This document shows, in pieces, positions 50,915 to 62,890 of a stretch of DNA of 64,000 bases (position 1 is its first letter; each line of letters opens with the position of its first letter). The stretch is from contig NC_087472.1 in assembly GCF_036321535.1 (NCBI RefSeq), positions 102,054,001 to 102,118,000 on the forward strand, read 5' to 3'. A program made the position numbers and the translations under genes. The notes under the pieces are model-generated. The model saw only the letters and a list, made by a program, of their open reading frames with translations, made no database searches and was not told the origin of the DNA. The stretch is from Camelus dromedarius (taxonomy: Eukaryota).

Positions 50915-51959
50915 AAAAGCTCAAACTAAAAATACCAAGACATTGGAAAAAATAGGGCTGGGAAAGAAGTTAACATTTCAACTCAAGCACTAACAAAAAC
51001 AATATTCATAACAAAAATACTGGAAAATTTTTTTAAATATTAAATTCCTAAGAAAGAAACACTCTAGCAGACATGATACTTTATCTTAAAAAAAAAAGTG
51101 AAGGGGTAAGCATGATGGGAGGAGCAAAGAGAGGGACTCAAGACTGCTGTGTGGTAAGGAGTCCATGAGTAAAAGCACAGAGACAGGTAGGGCCACCCCT
51201 AAAGCCCTTCAAGACAGCCAAGCAGAAGAGTCCAGGGAGGAGGGGTGCCCTGTGAGGCTCCTTATCTCCCCTGTTTGCTACACTCAGCGCTGCTAGAGTC
51301 CTTGGCTTTCAGCCGGTATTAGCCAGTGATACAAAACATTAACATGCCGAGAAAAAACCCTGCACATGAACCGTGACCTCCACATTATGCTGACACTGGT
51401 CCTCTATCACCCACAAACTAATGTGCATCACAGATACATGCACTGCCGCACAGCCCACAGCCTGAGTGCGCCCACCTCCTCCCTAGCCTGGCCCTCTCCA
51501 ACCTCTTGCACAGCCTGGCCTCTTCCTTCCTCTGACTCCGCTCGGCCGTGAGGGCACTAATGTCCACCCACGTGGCAGGTTCCAGCCGCCCCCTCTAGTC
51601 TCCTTGGAGACCCACGGCCGGCGTGGCACCCCTGACTACTACCTGCAAGCTCCTTCCTTGGCATCTGATGAGCCGCAGGCTCCTCCTTGGAATCATTCTC
51701 TCTTCCTGTTCTGGTTCCTCTTATCCCTCAGACGTACGCTTTTTCAAGGTTCTGTCTTCACTGCTCCTGCTCCATTTGCCCCTCCCTGTTCATTGTTGTC
51801 TGGAGTAAGCCCATGGCACCTACATTTCCACTGCTCTTGCTAGAAACCTTGGTTCCCGACCAACTCCCATCTCTTCTAAACCCATCATGCAGGCATTCAA
51901 CATGCCTGATTTCTAGTTTCAAGTTTTTCTTATAGCCTTCTCCTTTCCATTAAGGGTAA

Positions 51960-52390
51960 GTGTATTATTACTGTTATTATTAATAAATGCTTTCTATGAA
52001 CCACTGAACACTTGCTATGTGTCACAAGTTGCTCTAGGTGTTTTGCACGGATTACTGCATTTCATCATCACAACCCTAGGAAGCAGAGAAGAAATTAAGG
52101 ATCACAAAGTTAAGGAACTCACCCAAGATCACACAAACAGAAAAGTCCAAACCCAGGCCTCAGGTTCCAAAGCTGGGCTGTGACACTATGATATACAGCC
52201 TCCGGAACTCTTGGGCTGAGTGTTATTCACCCAAGAAATATTTACTGAACAGCCACTACAAGCAGGCCTTGTGCCAGCACTGGTACCACAGCCCCAGACC
52301 TTACTGACAAGGAGCTTGAAGTCTAGGGGAAAGGCAGAGAAACAGCCAGCAAACATGCTTCAGTGGAAATTAGGACTCTCGTGAGGACGT
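51960..52390 (-). mobile_element. MIR followed by an L2 3' fragment
   Basis: aactcacccaagatcacaca MIR core; aaatatttactgaa...tgtgccagcactg L2 end. Confidence 0.6.
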
Positions 52391-53326
52391 GCAGGGGCTA
52401 CAGGAGCAGCTGGCCTTGAAGGGCAGCAAAGACTCGGGCGAAGGTGATGTCCCAGCTGCAAGGTGAGTGATAAGCAGGGTGTGGCTCTACACGGGGACAG
52501 GGAGAAAGGAGGCTCTGGGGCCTCCCATGCCCAGACACCCAGAATGGCAGTTCAGGTGGCCCCAAGAACACTGGGGCCAATGCCCGCGACAGGAACCACA
52601 GGAGAAGCAGGAGTGAGGGAACCTCACTGTGGGACACACTGAGTTGGAAAACAACCAAGTGAAGCTGTCCAAGAGCCATTCGTTGTCAGGAGTTTAGGGG
52701 ATGCAAGCACTTGCCCACCTTCCCAGGGGTCGTGACAAACAGCATCACACTCCAAGATGCTCGAGCTCAATGTCAGCTTTATGAACAACTAAGTGAGGAC
52801 TCAACAAGCCCCTCAATGCAGGCCTTCCCATGACCTGTGCTGAAGAATGTGACTTGCACCTGAGGCCTTCCCCCCCAGATCTACTGTGGGTGATGCGTAC
52901 GTTCCAGTCCCAGGTCTCCACGTGTAGGGACCCTGCAGGAACCACAGGTGTGTGCCGCCGCACCCCACCAGCCAGGCAGAGAGAAGGGGAGTGACAGACC
53001 AGTCACTCTGCCTCTCCATTGGTCAGTTCCCCTCTGTATCATCCAGCAGACAGAGAGAAGTGTCCGCCTTAACACTCCCTTTCCAGGAAGATGACTGAAG
53101 TCTGCCCCTTGGGAAAATATTGAGGAAAATGATAAGTTTGACCCTCTTTTCAACAAAAATGAGGATTCTAAGCATAGCAAAAGTAGTGGAGTGTCTTTAT
53201 CACTGCCTCCCTTTTCTCTTAAACATCTCTAAAAACACAAATAAAAATGAGGTGGGGTTGAGAAGGATGAGGAGCAGTTGTGAGATATGTCTGAAAAATC
53301 TTTTCCATTTAAAAATGTACCTTCCT

Positions 53327-53476
53327 AGGGGGGAAGGTGTAGCTCAAGTGTTAAAGCACATGCTTAGTGTGCAAGAGGTTCTGGGGTCACTCCCCGGTAC
53401 CTCTTCTAAACATAAATAAATAAATAAACTTAATTACCTCCCCCCCAAATTAAAACAAAAATAAATTTTTAAAAAT
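53327..53476 (+). mobile_element. Vic-1-like SINE
   Basis: tRNA-like head; perfect 16-bp TSD aaaaatgtaccttcct (53311-53326, 53477-53492) at a tt/aaaa site. Confidence 0.9.
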
Positions 53477-54709
53477 AAAAATGTACCTTCCTGAAATTAT
53501 ATGCAAGAGTCTGAGGTTTCCAGCTCTATGACTAGTAACAAACAACTCCTCGGTGTTGTTAGGCTAATCTAACCATCAATCTTCTTAGGAGGAAATTCAA
53601 GACGTCTCCACCCCTTTCTACTGCTCCATGACTGATTCCAAAAGGGTGCATTTATCAACATTCAAAAAAGCAAATCTCAGGAGGGTCCTGGAACATAAGA
53701 ATCAGGAAGGTCCCGGAAAGGCAGAGCCTTACTCCAGCCAGAACTTACCCCAGGAAAAGAGATGGGGAAAGAAAGCTAGCTTTGGGGGGGGGGAGGTGAC
53801 GACACCTAAAGATGAGATTTAGACGTGCAAAAGCCCTTCTTCCCAGTAAACTATCTCACTTTCCTTCATGAAAATACCATGAGGCTTACATTAGACTTAG
53901 CAGCTGGCAAGCAGAATAAACTGGGCGATTTCTTTGCTATTTCTCCAGACTTTTCCAAGTTAACAATTTTGAGAGAACGATAAGCCATGAAAATGGGGCG
54001 GGGAGTGGGGGGCGGACACTCAGTCACTCCCTTTTTTCTCTGTGTATTAGAGAAATGGGGGGAAAACTTTGCTATCAATATGGACAACATGCCCTTTGTC
54101 CAAAAGTTCTGATTGTCTGAAGTGAAATCCAATGCCTGAATCTTATGAAAGAAATAAACACTTGGATTACAATTAATATTACAATGGTGCTCCTTCCCTC
54201 ACGGCTCCACGTGTAACAACATGTACCTAGCCAGGATGTGGCGAGCCAGGAAAGTGTAATTTTTTAGCCAAGAGCTCACTGAAACTCAACCTAAGGTTCC
54301 TTTTAAAAATATATGTCATATATTAATATTAATACTCTCCTATCCACAAGTGGGAAACCTATTTTCATTCTAATTTTGCAACAAAAACCTGGAGAGGTCA
54401 CATGTACTTAGAAGTTGCTGCCATGCAGGATGTGGAGAACTGTTCTGGGGTTTTGATGGGACACCATGGGCCCTGCTCAGTTGCCTCCCCAGAAATGGAC
54501 ACAGGCCCAGGGAGGCTAAGCATTTGAATTCTCCACCAGAAGAAGGGATCATTCAGTTATTCGACTGTACAGGTATTTATTTTATGCATCTGATGTGTCA
54601 CTTTCCAAGAATCCTCATCTCAGGTTCTGCTTTTAGGCAACCAGACCTGAGACACCAGGCGAAGTACTCCAAAGAGAGGGGAGTTAAAGCACTATGGTAC
54701 GTTCCTCCT

Positions 54710-55000
54710 TAGTCTCTTGAATCACTTGTTCTTGGGGAAGCCAGCTGCCATGCTGTGAGGACACGCAAACAGTCCCAACAAGGGGCCCATGTAGCAAGGA
54801 AGGGAGAACAGCCGTGTAGGGAAGCCATCTCAGAAGTGGATCCTTCAGCCCCCACCAAGCCTTCAGATGACTGCAGCCCTGACTGACATCTTGACTGTGG
54901 CCTAATGAGAGACTCTGGGCCTGAACCACCCAGACTAGTTGCTCCTGAATCTCTAATTCACAGGAAACTAGAAGATAATACTGTTAGTTGTTTTAGGCCT
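54710..55000 (+). mobile_element. MaLR LTR 3' part (MLT1E/F-like)
   Basis: ggggaagccagctgccatgctgtgagga...aagccttcagatgactgcagccc motifs. Confidence 0.8.
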
Positions 55001-55099
55001 CTGGGAAAAAAAAATACCCACTCTAGTATGTCTGGAACTGGGGGTCTTGTCGAGAATAAGGGTGCACAGTGGCGAAGAAGCTAGAGAAGGGCCGTGGAG

Positions 55100-55609
55100 T
55101 GGGTCATACGTGGTCCCACAGACTGTCGTCCCAGTCTACCAGCCACTTGGTGCCAGTCCCCATGTCTCTGCCCGTCCCTACCCTGCAGGGTCGGAGACCA
55201 GGAACGACATTACAGACTCTCCTTTCAACACAGTTCCTTGCTGCCACTGAGAGTCACTCACATGAAACCAAGGTGGGGAGAGAAAACAAGCCATGCTACT
55301 GCCCCGCTGGCAGTGGCGACCGAAGAGCATGCGCTCCAGCCAGCAGAAGGTCCAGCAGCGGCCCCGGGCATTTCCCTGCAAATCACAACTTAGGTGCTGC
55401 AGGCAGCCTGAGCATCTCCAGCTGTTTCCTTCCATTCTTGCAATACCTGAACTTTCAGGAAGTTGTGGTAAACCTGAACCTTCACTCACCTTCGCTCCTC
55501 TAGCAAATCTAAGTCTTTTTGTAAGTACCTAACTCAGTGAATGAAATCTCTTCCAGTGGGAAACACCCAGAGTGGATTCTGTTTTCCTGACTAGATCTTG
55601 GCTGATACA
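55100..55609 (+). mobile_element. Old ERVL-class LTR (tentative)
   Basis: 3' end agagtggattctgttttcctgact...ctgataca is typical of old ERVL/MaLR LTR termini; the 5' boundary is uncertain. Confidence 0.45.
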
Positions 55610-56064
55610 TCCATGCTGAGGATTTGGAGCTTAACCTGAGGGCCAGAGTCCACTAAAGGATTCAAGTAGGGAAGTGATCCGACTAGATTCTTATTTTAGA
55701 AGGATTATTCTGGATCCAGTGAATAAAACAGATTGGAAGCGACCCATACTGGGGGAAGGGAACTCAATTAGAAGGTTAAAGAAGAAAGCAAGAGACAATG
55801 GTCATTTAACCCCGTCTGGTGAGAGTAGGGATAGGGGGATTTGAGAGCTATTTAGACTGGAGACTGGAGACCTTGGAGATTGGTGTAATGTGGTAAGTGA
55901 ATGACAAGAACAGTGACACCCGGAATCCCGGTTTCCATCTTAGACAAGGGCAAACGGTTAAGAGAGGAAGTCATTTAAAGCAAGAGGAAAGAAACATGGC
56001 AGCACAGTAGCTGAATACAATTAAGCAGATTCATCACAATGCAGTGCTAGAACAACCCATCAAG

Positions 56065-56587
56065 TAAGGGTTCCAAGGGAACATTAATTCCACAAACTTC
56101 TTAGAGGAGGGATTGGCGAACTTTTTCTGTAAAGAGCCAGACAGTAAATATTTTCAGTTGTCCAGGTCATTAGGTCTCTGGTTCTCCAGGTCTCTGGTGC
56201 AAACTTGCAACTCCATTGTTGAGTACAAAATCAGGTGCAGACATTACAATGCATGCCCATGGCTGCATTCCCATAAACCTGATTTACAAAAACAGGTGGT
56301 AGGATGGATTCAGTGTGTGGGTCATAGTTTGCAAGGCCCTGGCCCAGAGGTGAAAAGATTCTACAGATAAGCTTAGGAAACACTGCACAGTCTCTCTCCC
56401 TCTTAGAAATTCAGAGAGCACAGAGCACGTCCCAAGCTCTGAAATCCTGTAAGGTAAAGGAAGCCACTGCCTTTGATTAACCCAGCAGTTCCCAGACTTA
56501 TTCGGCTTCAACTCCTTGTCCCCATGTAATTCGCATTACCATCCAGCAAAACTAACATTCTACAGAACATATTTTGGGCAACACTGA
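56065..56587. mobile_element. hAT-Charlie MITE with a nested MER58A-like element (56107-56341)
   Basis: ggggattggcgaactttttctgtaaagagccagacagtaaatatt...atagtttgcaaggccctg inside a Charlie-like host ending tttgggcaacactg. Confidence 0.7.
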
Positions 56588-57385
56588 CCTATAGCCTGGG
56601 TTTTAAAGGAATAAAGGGAAAACATTCCATTGGACTTGAACACCAAATGCCATTCCCGTCAAATGTAGGTCCCTCCCCCTCTCGCCTTGGCTCATAGTAG
56701 GAGGCAACGTAAGGATGGGGTTGCTGCCTGGCAAGAGAGGGCTCCCTTCCTTCCTTCCTCCCCGCCCCACCTTCCCTGCAGTAGCAGCTGTTGTTGCTGC
56801 TGCCAACTAGTTCTCTGCATGAATTTATTTGCTGGGCTCTTTTAAAACCTCCTGGACACAAACACAATAAAAATCATTCATTATAGTAGTTAAAGCCGAT
56901 GAACACAGCACTGATAAATTATGGATTTTTAAAAAGCAGCTTAAAAACAACAGGTCTCACGTTTCAGTTCCACCCAGGCAGGTGAGCTTTCCAAAAGCCC
57001 CGCAGCTCCCATCAGAGTCCAGGTGCTCACCACACCCCCTAGCTGGGCTGCTGCAGAAACTTCAGTGGGTCTTTGTCCAGCCTTCGGTTTTTCCCCTGGT
57101 CCAACCCATCCTGCATACCACTGAGGAACTAATCTCGTAAAGCCCCTTCTCATCAAAACACTTTTGTTCAAAGCCCCTCAATGGGTCCCTAAGGCCTCTG
57201 GCGCACAACACAATCGTCAGGCAGTAAAAGATCTTCCATCACCTGGCTCCAATTTACTTCTGCGACGTAACTGTGTCAGCTGGCCCACATGGAACCTGCT
57301 CCAGGCACAGAAGTATTATCTGAATCTTCAAACACACCAGAAGCTTCTCCTCTACTTGGTTCTGTTTGTTCTAGAACTTCTAGCC

Positions 57386-57570
57386 CCATGGTTCCCAAAT
57401 ATAGCTGCACAGGAGAATTATCTGGGGAATTTCTATAAATTACAGACTTTTAGATACTACCCCAGACTTCTCTGATTAGAATCTCCTGGGGTTGGAGCAT
57501 TAGAACGTCTATTTTAACAAGCTCCCTGGGTGATTTTTATGTAGCCAGCCCAGACCAACTAGGGACCATT
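57386..57570. mobile_element. MER5-family hAT-Charlie element
   Basis: tggttcccaaa...ccccagac...agaatctcctggg...ttttaacaagctccctgggtgatt. Confidence 0.75.
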
Positions 57571-57732
57571 GATGGTCCAAACTCTTTAAGAGATGAGAAA
57601 ACCAAATCTCCTGGGTCCTAGTCTGGAAAAGGCCACAGATGCTCAAGCAAAAACTAACTAGGCTTCTTAATTGTTTTCTTTCCATTTTCCATTGAGGGAA
57701 GGGGGGGTGGCATATGTAATGTGGTTTCATAA

Positions 57733-57784
57733 ATACATACATACATACATACATACATACATACATACATACATACATACATAC
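57733..57784. repeat. Perfect (ATAC)13 tetranucleotide STR
   Basis: Direct count. Confidence 0.95.
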
Positions 57785-58519
57785 TTGAATCTGGGCAAAA
57801 GCTTTAGTAATAAGACTTGTTTAAAAGTCAAGTGTGCAACAACAACAACAACAACAAAAGAATAAAATCTCATTTTTCCAAGGTAAGTAGCCCAACTGCA
57901 GAACTAACTGCTAAGGTGTGGGTAATACTCATGCTACTGACAGATTAGAAAAAGAAACTCAAGCTTCATTTATCTCCCAAGAATCCAGGCAGATCCCAAG
58001 ACTGGGAATCACAAAGGCGAAAGCTAATTTCTAGGCAGATAAGCAGACAATCCTGCTACAGCACCCAGGGGGTCCCCAGCGTCTTACTGGTATTCTCAGT
58101 GTCATCTGGTGCTTGACTTTCACCTGACCCCATCTCTGCTAGGTAAGGACACACCAGAAAGCCATGGGGTCAAACCTAGGTATAGCAGATGCAGAACCAA
58201 CAGCCAGCAGCACACTGGCCACAGCAAACTGCATCATTCCACAATCAATCCAAGAAACTGAATTTTCTTTAAGAACAATTACCAAAATCCATGACCTAAG
58301 TCACTTGTGAGAGACAGAAAAGGAGCTGAAGTATAAGCACCTGGAAGGCAGGAGCTGAGTTCTTATTTCCCTATCACTTCCCTGGGGCTGAAGCTGAAGG
58401 CCAGCAAATAGCAGGTCCTCTGATCAATGTGTCCTATGAGCTAGTAATGAACCCAACACTGTTTCATATTCCAATGGACAAGTCAAAAAATTCACCCCAT
58501 GGTAACTGGAGCCACAGAG

Positions 58520-58730
58520 CACAGCAGGTACAGGGCACGAGCTTTGGAGTCAAATCCACGCTTGATACTTGCTTGGTGTACAACCTGGGCATGGGCTTAA
58601 CCTCTCTGAGCCACAATTTCACTGTCTGCAAAAGGGAATAATCCACCTAACTCCTAGCACTGTGACACCCGAGAGAATTTCTGTCTAGGGTGCTAAGCAC
58701 AATAACATAGTAGCTATTCAATAACCACAG
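58520..58730 (+). mobile_element. MIR SINE
   Basis: gctttggagtca...cttaacctctctgagcc...tctgcaaaagggaataat. Confidence 0.7.
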
Positions 58731-59959
58731 CTACTATCATAACTGGGAGTAAAATGACAATTGGTTTCCCAGGCATAGGATTTCCTACTGCAAGGAGAAG
58801 CTAACTCAACACAAGGGACTTTTACTCTCTTGCCAAAAGATTAAAACCTCAACTGGGAAACTGCTGACACCAGTTTAGATTATAAGCAGATCCCACAGAG
58901 CAGGCTGTCCACTATCCAAGTTTGTGCCACTGGGTATTACTGCTACCAATACTGGAGAAAAGACATTTTTACAAATGAAAGCCCTTTCAGATTTCATGGC
59001 TGCCTCAGTACAGACATCTCAGGTAGCTTGCAGTGAGTATCTCCGGAGGCCCTTACAGCAGGCCAATCCAACATCGGAGGCACCCAGGGGAACACTGACA
59101 CAGGAGCTCAGAGGCAATCTTAACGGATGTGGATAATCAGTAACTACAATGGGCAACTAGTCTTTGGACACAGCCATCACATAGCATAATTCCTTGGGGA
59201 CTCCTGGAACCCACTGGAATATAGACACATCCATGAAACAGACCTACTGTCACAACTAAAGGACTATGGGCACCGTATCTTGGTGTGAACAACAAATATT
59301 TGACCATGACTAGGTTTTTGTCCTTTTATTTCCAATTTCTAGTAATAGAACCAAGTCTGAGTCCCACCCTCTATTCATCACATACCTAAAGCCATACTCT
59401 AATGCCATCCACTGAGTCAACCACCTGGGCTTCACAGATAAGGTGATCTATGGTAAGATTCTTTTAAGACTCATGTTTCCCACTGGATGGGGTTCAAGAA
59501 AGATGCCATATGCACACCCCTTGCCTCGCCAAACAGACCTTTACTCAAACAGGCACCTGCCACCATCACAACTTGAAAGCATCAGGTTATGAGACCTTTA
59601 AAAATCCTTTTTGCTAGTCCCCCACCCCGACATACACACATCTGGCAACAATACCTAATATAAAAATTTCAAAGTGCCTGAAAGTCCTAGCTTCACCCGA
59701 CGTTTTACCACAATTATAATTTTGAACTCCTCTCCCAGTTCCATTGCTCTGTATTAGTGATGGAGTGTTTCAGTAACATTTTTTCTAACAACTGATAGCT
59801 CATACTTAGATTGTGATACAAGTCCCATTCTGGGCTGTCATGGCCCTTCCTGCATGAGCCAGGTCCATCAGAGAAAGGTGGATTTAAAAAAAAATCAGTA
59901 AGAAATAGCTGGCAGGAGAGGGAGCTATAAAAATTATGTAAGAGTTAGGAACCAGCCAT

Positions 59960-60340
59960 AAAATAAATTCAGTATTGATGAGGATGTGGAAATGAAATGG
60001 GAACACTGTTGATGGAATATAAATCAGTACACTTTATAAAACCGTTTGGCAGTATCCACTAAAGCAGAACATACGCTTACTGTGTGACCCAGAAATTCTA
60101 CTCCTAGGGATAGTCCCAAGAGAAATGAAAACATACACCCACTCAAAAACTCGTACATAAATATGCATAGTAGTGTTATTTATAACTGCCAAAATTTGAA
60201 GACTACCCAAATACCCATCAACAGTGGAAAATAGTGATATATTTGCTCACACAATGGAGTACTATACAGCAATGATCTACAAGTGCATACCATCTGGGTG
60301 GATCACACAAACGGCATGTAAGCAAAAAAGGCCAGACACA

Positions 60341-60394
<54 letters not shown>

Positions 60395-60670
60395 CACACA
60401 TACACATTGCATGGTTCCACTTATATAAGGCAGGAAACAAGTAAAGCAAATCTATACTGTTAGGAGTCAGAATTGTGGGAACCCTAAAAATAAGGGATAG
60501 GAACTGAAAAATAGCATAAAGGGGGCTTTCTGGGCCCTAGTAATATTCTGCTTCTTGATTTGAGTGCCGATAATGCATGTGTTTTGAGCTTGTGAGAATT
60601 CACTGAATTGCACACTCAATCTTCACTTTTCATATGCACATTCTACTTGAATAAAAAGGTTAAAAATAAA
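59960..60670 (+). mobile_element. Old L1 (L1ME-like) 3' fragment containing (GT)24 at 60344-60391
   Basis: gaggatgtgga...tgacccagaaattctactcctagg...aataaa. Confidence 0.78.
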
Positions 60671-60704
60671 TCCAATAAAGCCAATTTCCTGTAATGTCCC
60701 TAAA

Positions 60705-60718
60705 GTGCCACCTAGTGG
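60705..60718 (-). promoter_or_regulatory. CTCF core motif CCACTAGGTGGCAC
   Basis: Exact fit to the CTCF consensus CCASYAGRKGGCRS; occupancy unknown. Confidence 0.6.
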
Positions 60719-61679
60719 TATAAGTTAAAAGTAAACGAGGGAAGATGCATTTCTAGTTGACTTCAAAAACATGGCCCCATTCCTAACAGCACATTTTGGG
60801 ATTGGGCTGAAACAGTGCCTTAGTTTTAAAAAACAAACAAAACACACACACACATACACACACACAAAAAAAAACCCTTTCCCCTGGCCTATGGAATCCT
60901 GACACAAAGATTCAGTGGCAAAGTAAAGTTGTCTACAGTGGAGCACCCTAGTACCAATGAGCCAATGATGCTGCACATCCCTTCCCACCTGCACTAGCCA
61001 TGGTGGGAATGACGTCGGCAATGGCTACAAATTGGGGCTTTTTCTTGTTTCAGAGAGAAGGTTTGCCAGCACACCAGTAAGTGATACCTACGGAACTTGC
61101 TGAGCAGAGGAGGGTATTCAGGAGGGAGACTGGAAGAAAGAACTCCTTTATCCTGTTTTCCCAGGACAGGCTTATTTTATTTCCCTTTTCTTCACCTTGA
61201 AGACAAGGCCTTAGTCGGTTTCCTTTCATTATGCTTGAGAACACATAGTTGGGAAGGACCACCCACAGCAAGCCTTTGAAGCTGCCAGGTGAATAAAGGA
61301 TATTTGCTCAAGATTCTGCTAGTAAAGTCTGAAATACAGAGCACCTCGATCAGATAAGGTCCTCAAGGCAGAGCCGTAAACTACACACGCAGGCATCACG
61401 AACCTGGAGTTAGGAGATGGTGGGTTAAAAGGCTGGCGGGGTTGTTGTTGATTCCTATCCTTCTCATTTCCAGTATTTCAGAGAGGTGATGATATGGACT
61501 TGGCCTATAGATTGTAGTTTGTTGACCCCTGATGTAGGCAGAGGGCCAGCCATGGAAGGTCACAGAAGTGGGAAAGAACACAATTCAAGCCATTCTAGCA
61601 CTCACTCTGGGCTTGTGACCACTAACTTCTGGCTATCCTGAGTCTGTTCTGATTGCCGACTAGACTCAGCCTCTCGTGA

Positions 61680-61925
61680 TACTTACAAGAGCTAACTGTT
61701 GGTGAGAGCTGACCATGCGCCAGGAACCATCCTAAGTGATTTACGGATATTAACTCGCTTAATCATCATAACCCAAGCAGAGCAGACACTGCTATTACCC
61801 TCATGTTACAGATATTGGAACTGAGACACAGAGGCTAAGGAAACTTGCCCAAAGACACACAGTCAGTAAGAGGCAGAGAGGATCTGAATCCGGAGCCCAT
61901 GTTCTTAACCACTCTGGCAGGCGGC
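61680..61925 (-). mobile_element. MIR SINE
   Basis: acagat..ggaactgagacacagaggctaagg.aacttgcccaa..acacacag. Confidence 0.8.
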
Positions 61926-62649
61926 CTCCCTGGGCCCCACTTCCAGTTGTCCTCCCCCGTCCTCTCCTAGTAACACCTCAGCACATCTGGGTGTCCTCCC
62001 ATCCTGCCCTACTTCTGCACTGGCTTCTCCCCCAACACTTAGGAGTGCTTTCTGCTTTCTGCTGCTGTGTGGTAGGGGGATCAGAGAAAAGAAATAAGGA
62101 TTCCACTGTTTAGGAACCTAGAAATCAGTCTTAACTGACCTTCAGGCAAAAAAACCTGGGCTATCTCGTCAGAAACATGGTGTCCAGCTACTGCCTAACC
62201 CTTGACCATAAAGCATGAAAAACTGGGTTTAAACGAGACACGTGGAAAATGACATGGTTACATACACGCACCATGAGTACAGAATGGAGAGTGTCAGGTG
62301 TGACTGCTTTCTGTGGGTGAGGAGGGACCAAGGAGCTACAGGATAAGGAGCACATCACAACCTCTGTGCTCCCATAGCGCTCAGCAAAGCATAGGCCTGT
62401 GGTAAGCACATTCCATGAACTTAAGGCATCTTCCAGAGGAGTGAAGCTAACAAAGTAAGCTTTACATAATAATATTATGAGCAAAATACTATAATGAAGG
62501 AGAAATCTAGGAAAGAAAACAAGCTACCAGTGGTGGGATAAAGCAAATTAATTAAGAGGTTTCAGAACACAAAATGTATTCTGGATAACATGTCAACTGT
62601 GTTGCTAAAAAGACAGAGTTTGAGAAAATAATTATGAAACGTGGTTGCG

Positions 62650-62890
62650 AAGCACAGTATAGTAGAAGTCGGCACTCTGAGGGTAGATAGTCAGGGTCAG
62701 AATCGCAGCCTTAACCCTTACTTGCTGTGGGTGACTTCGGGCAAATTCCTAAAGTCCTCTGAGCCTTAGCTCGCTTATTGCAGAGCAAGGATAGCAACAG
62801 AACCTTTTACACATGGTCGCTAGGATTAAATGAGTTAATATTTATAAAGCACTTAGAAGAGCATCTGGCATATAAGCACTATACTTAAGA
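62650..62890 (+). mobile_element. MIR SINE
   Basis: tacttgctgtgggtgacttcgggcaa...ctctgagcct...aggattaaatgagttaata...aagcacttaga. Confidence 0.8.

Noticed and set aside
55047..55532. Cluster of overlapping 67-144 aa ORFs in GC-rich sequence
   Set aside because: No recognisable protein similarity. The region ends like an old LTR, and GC richness explains the open frames.
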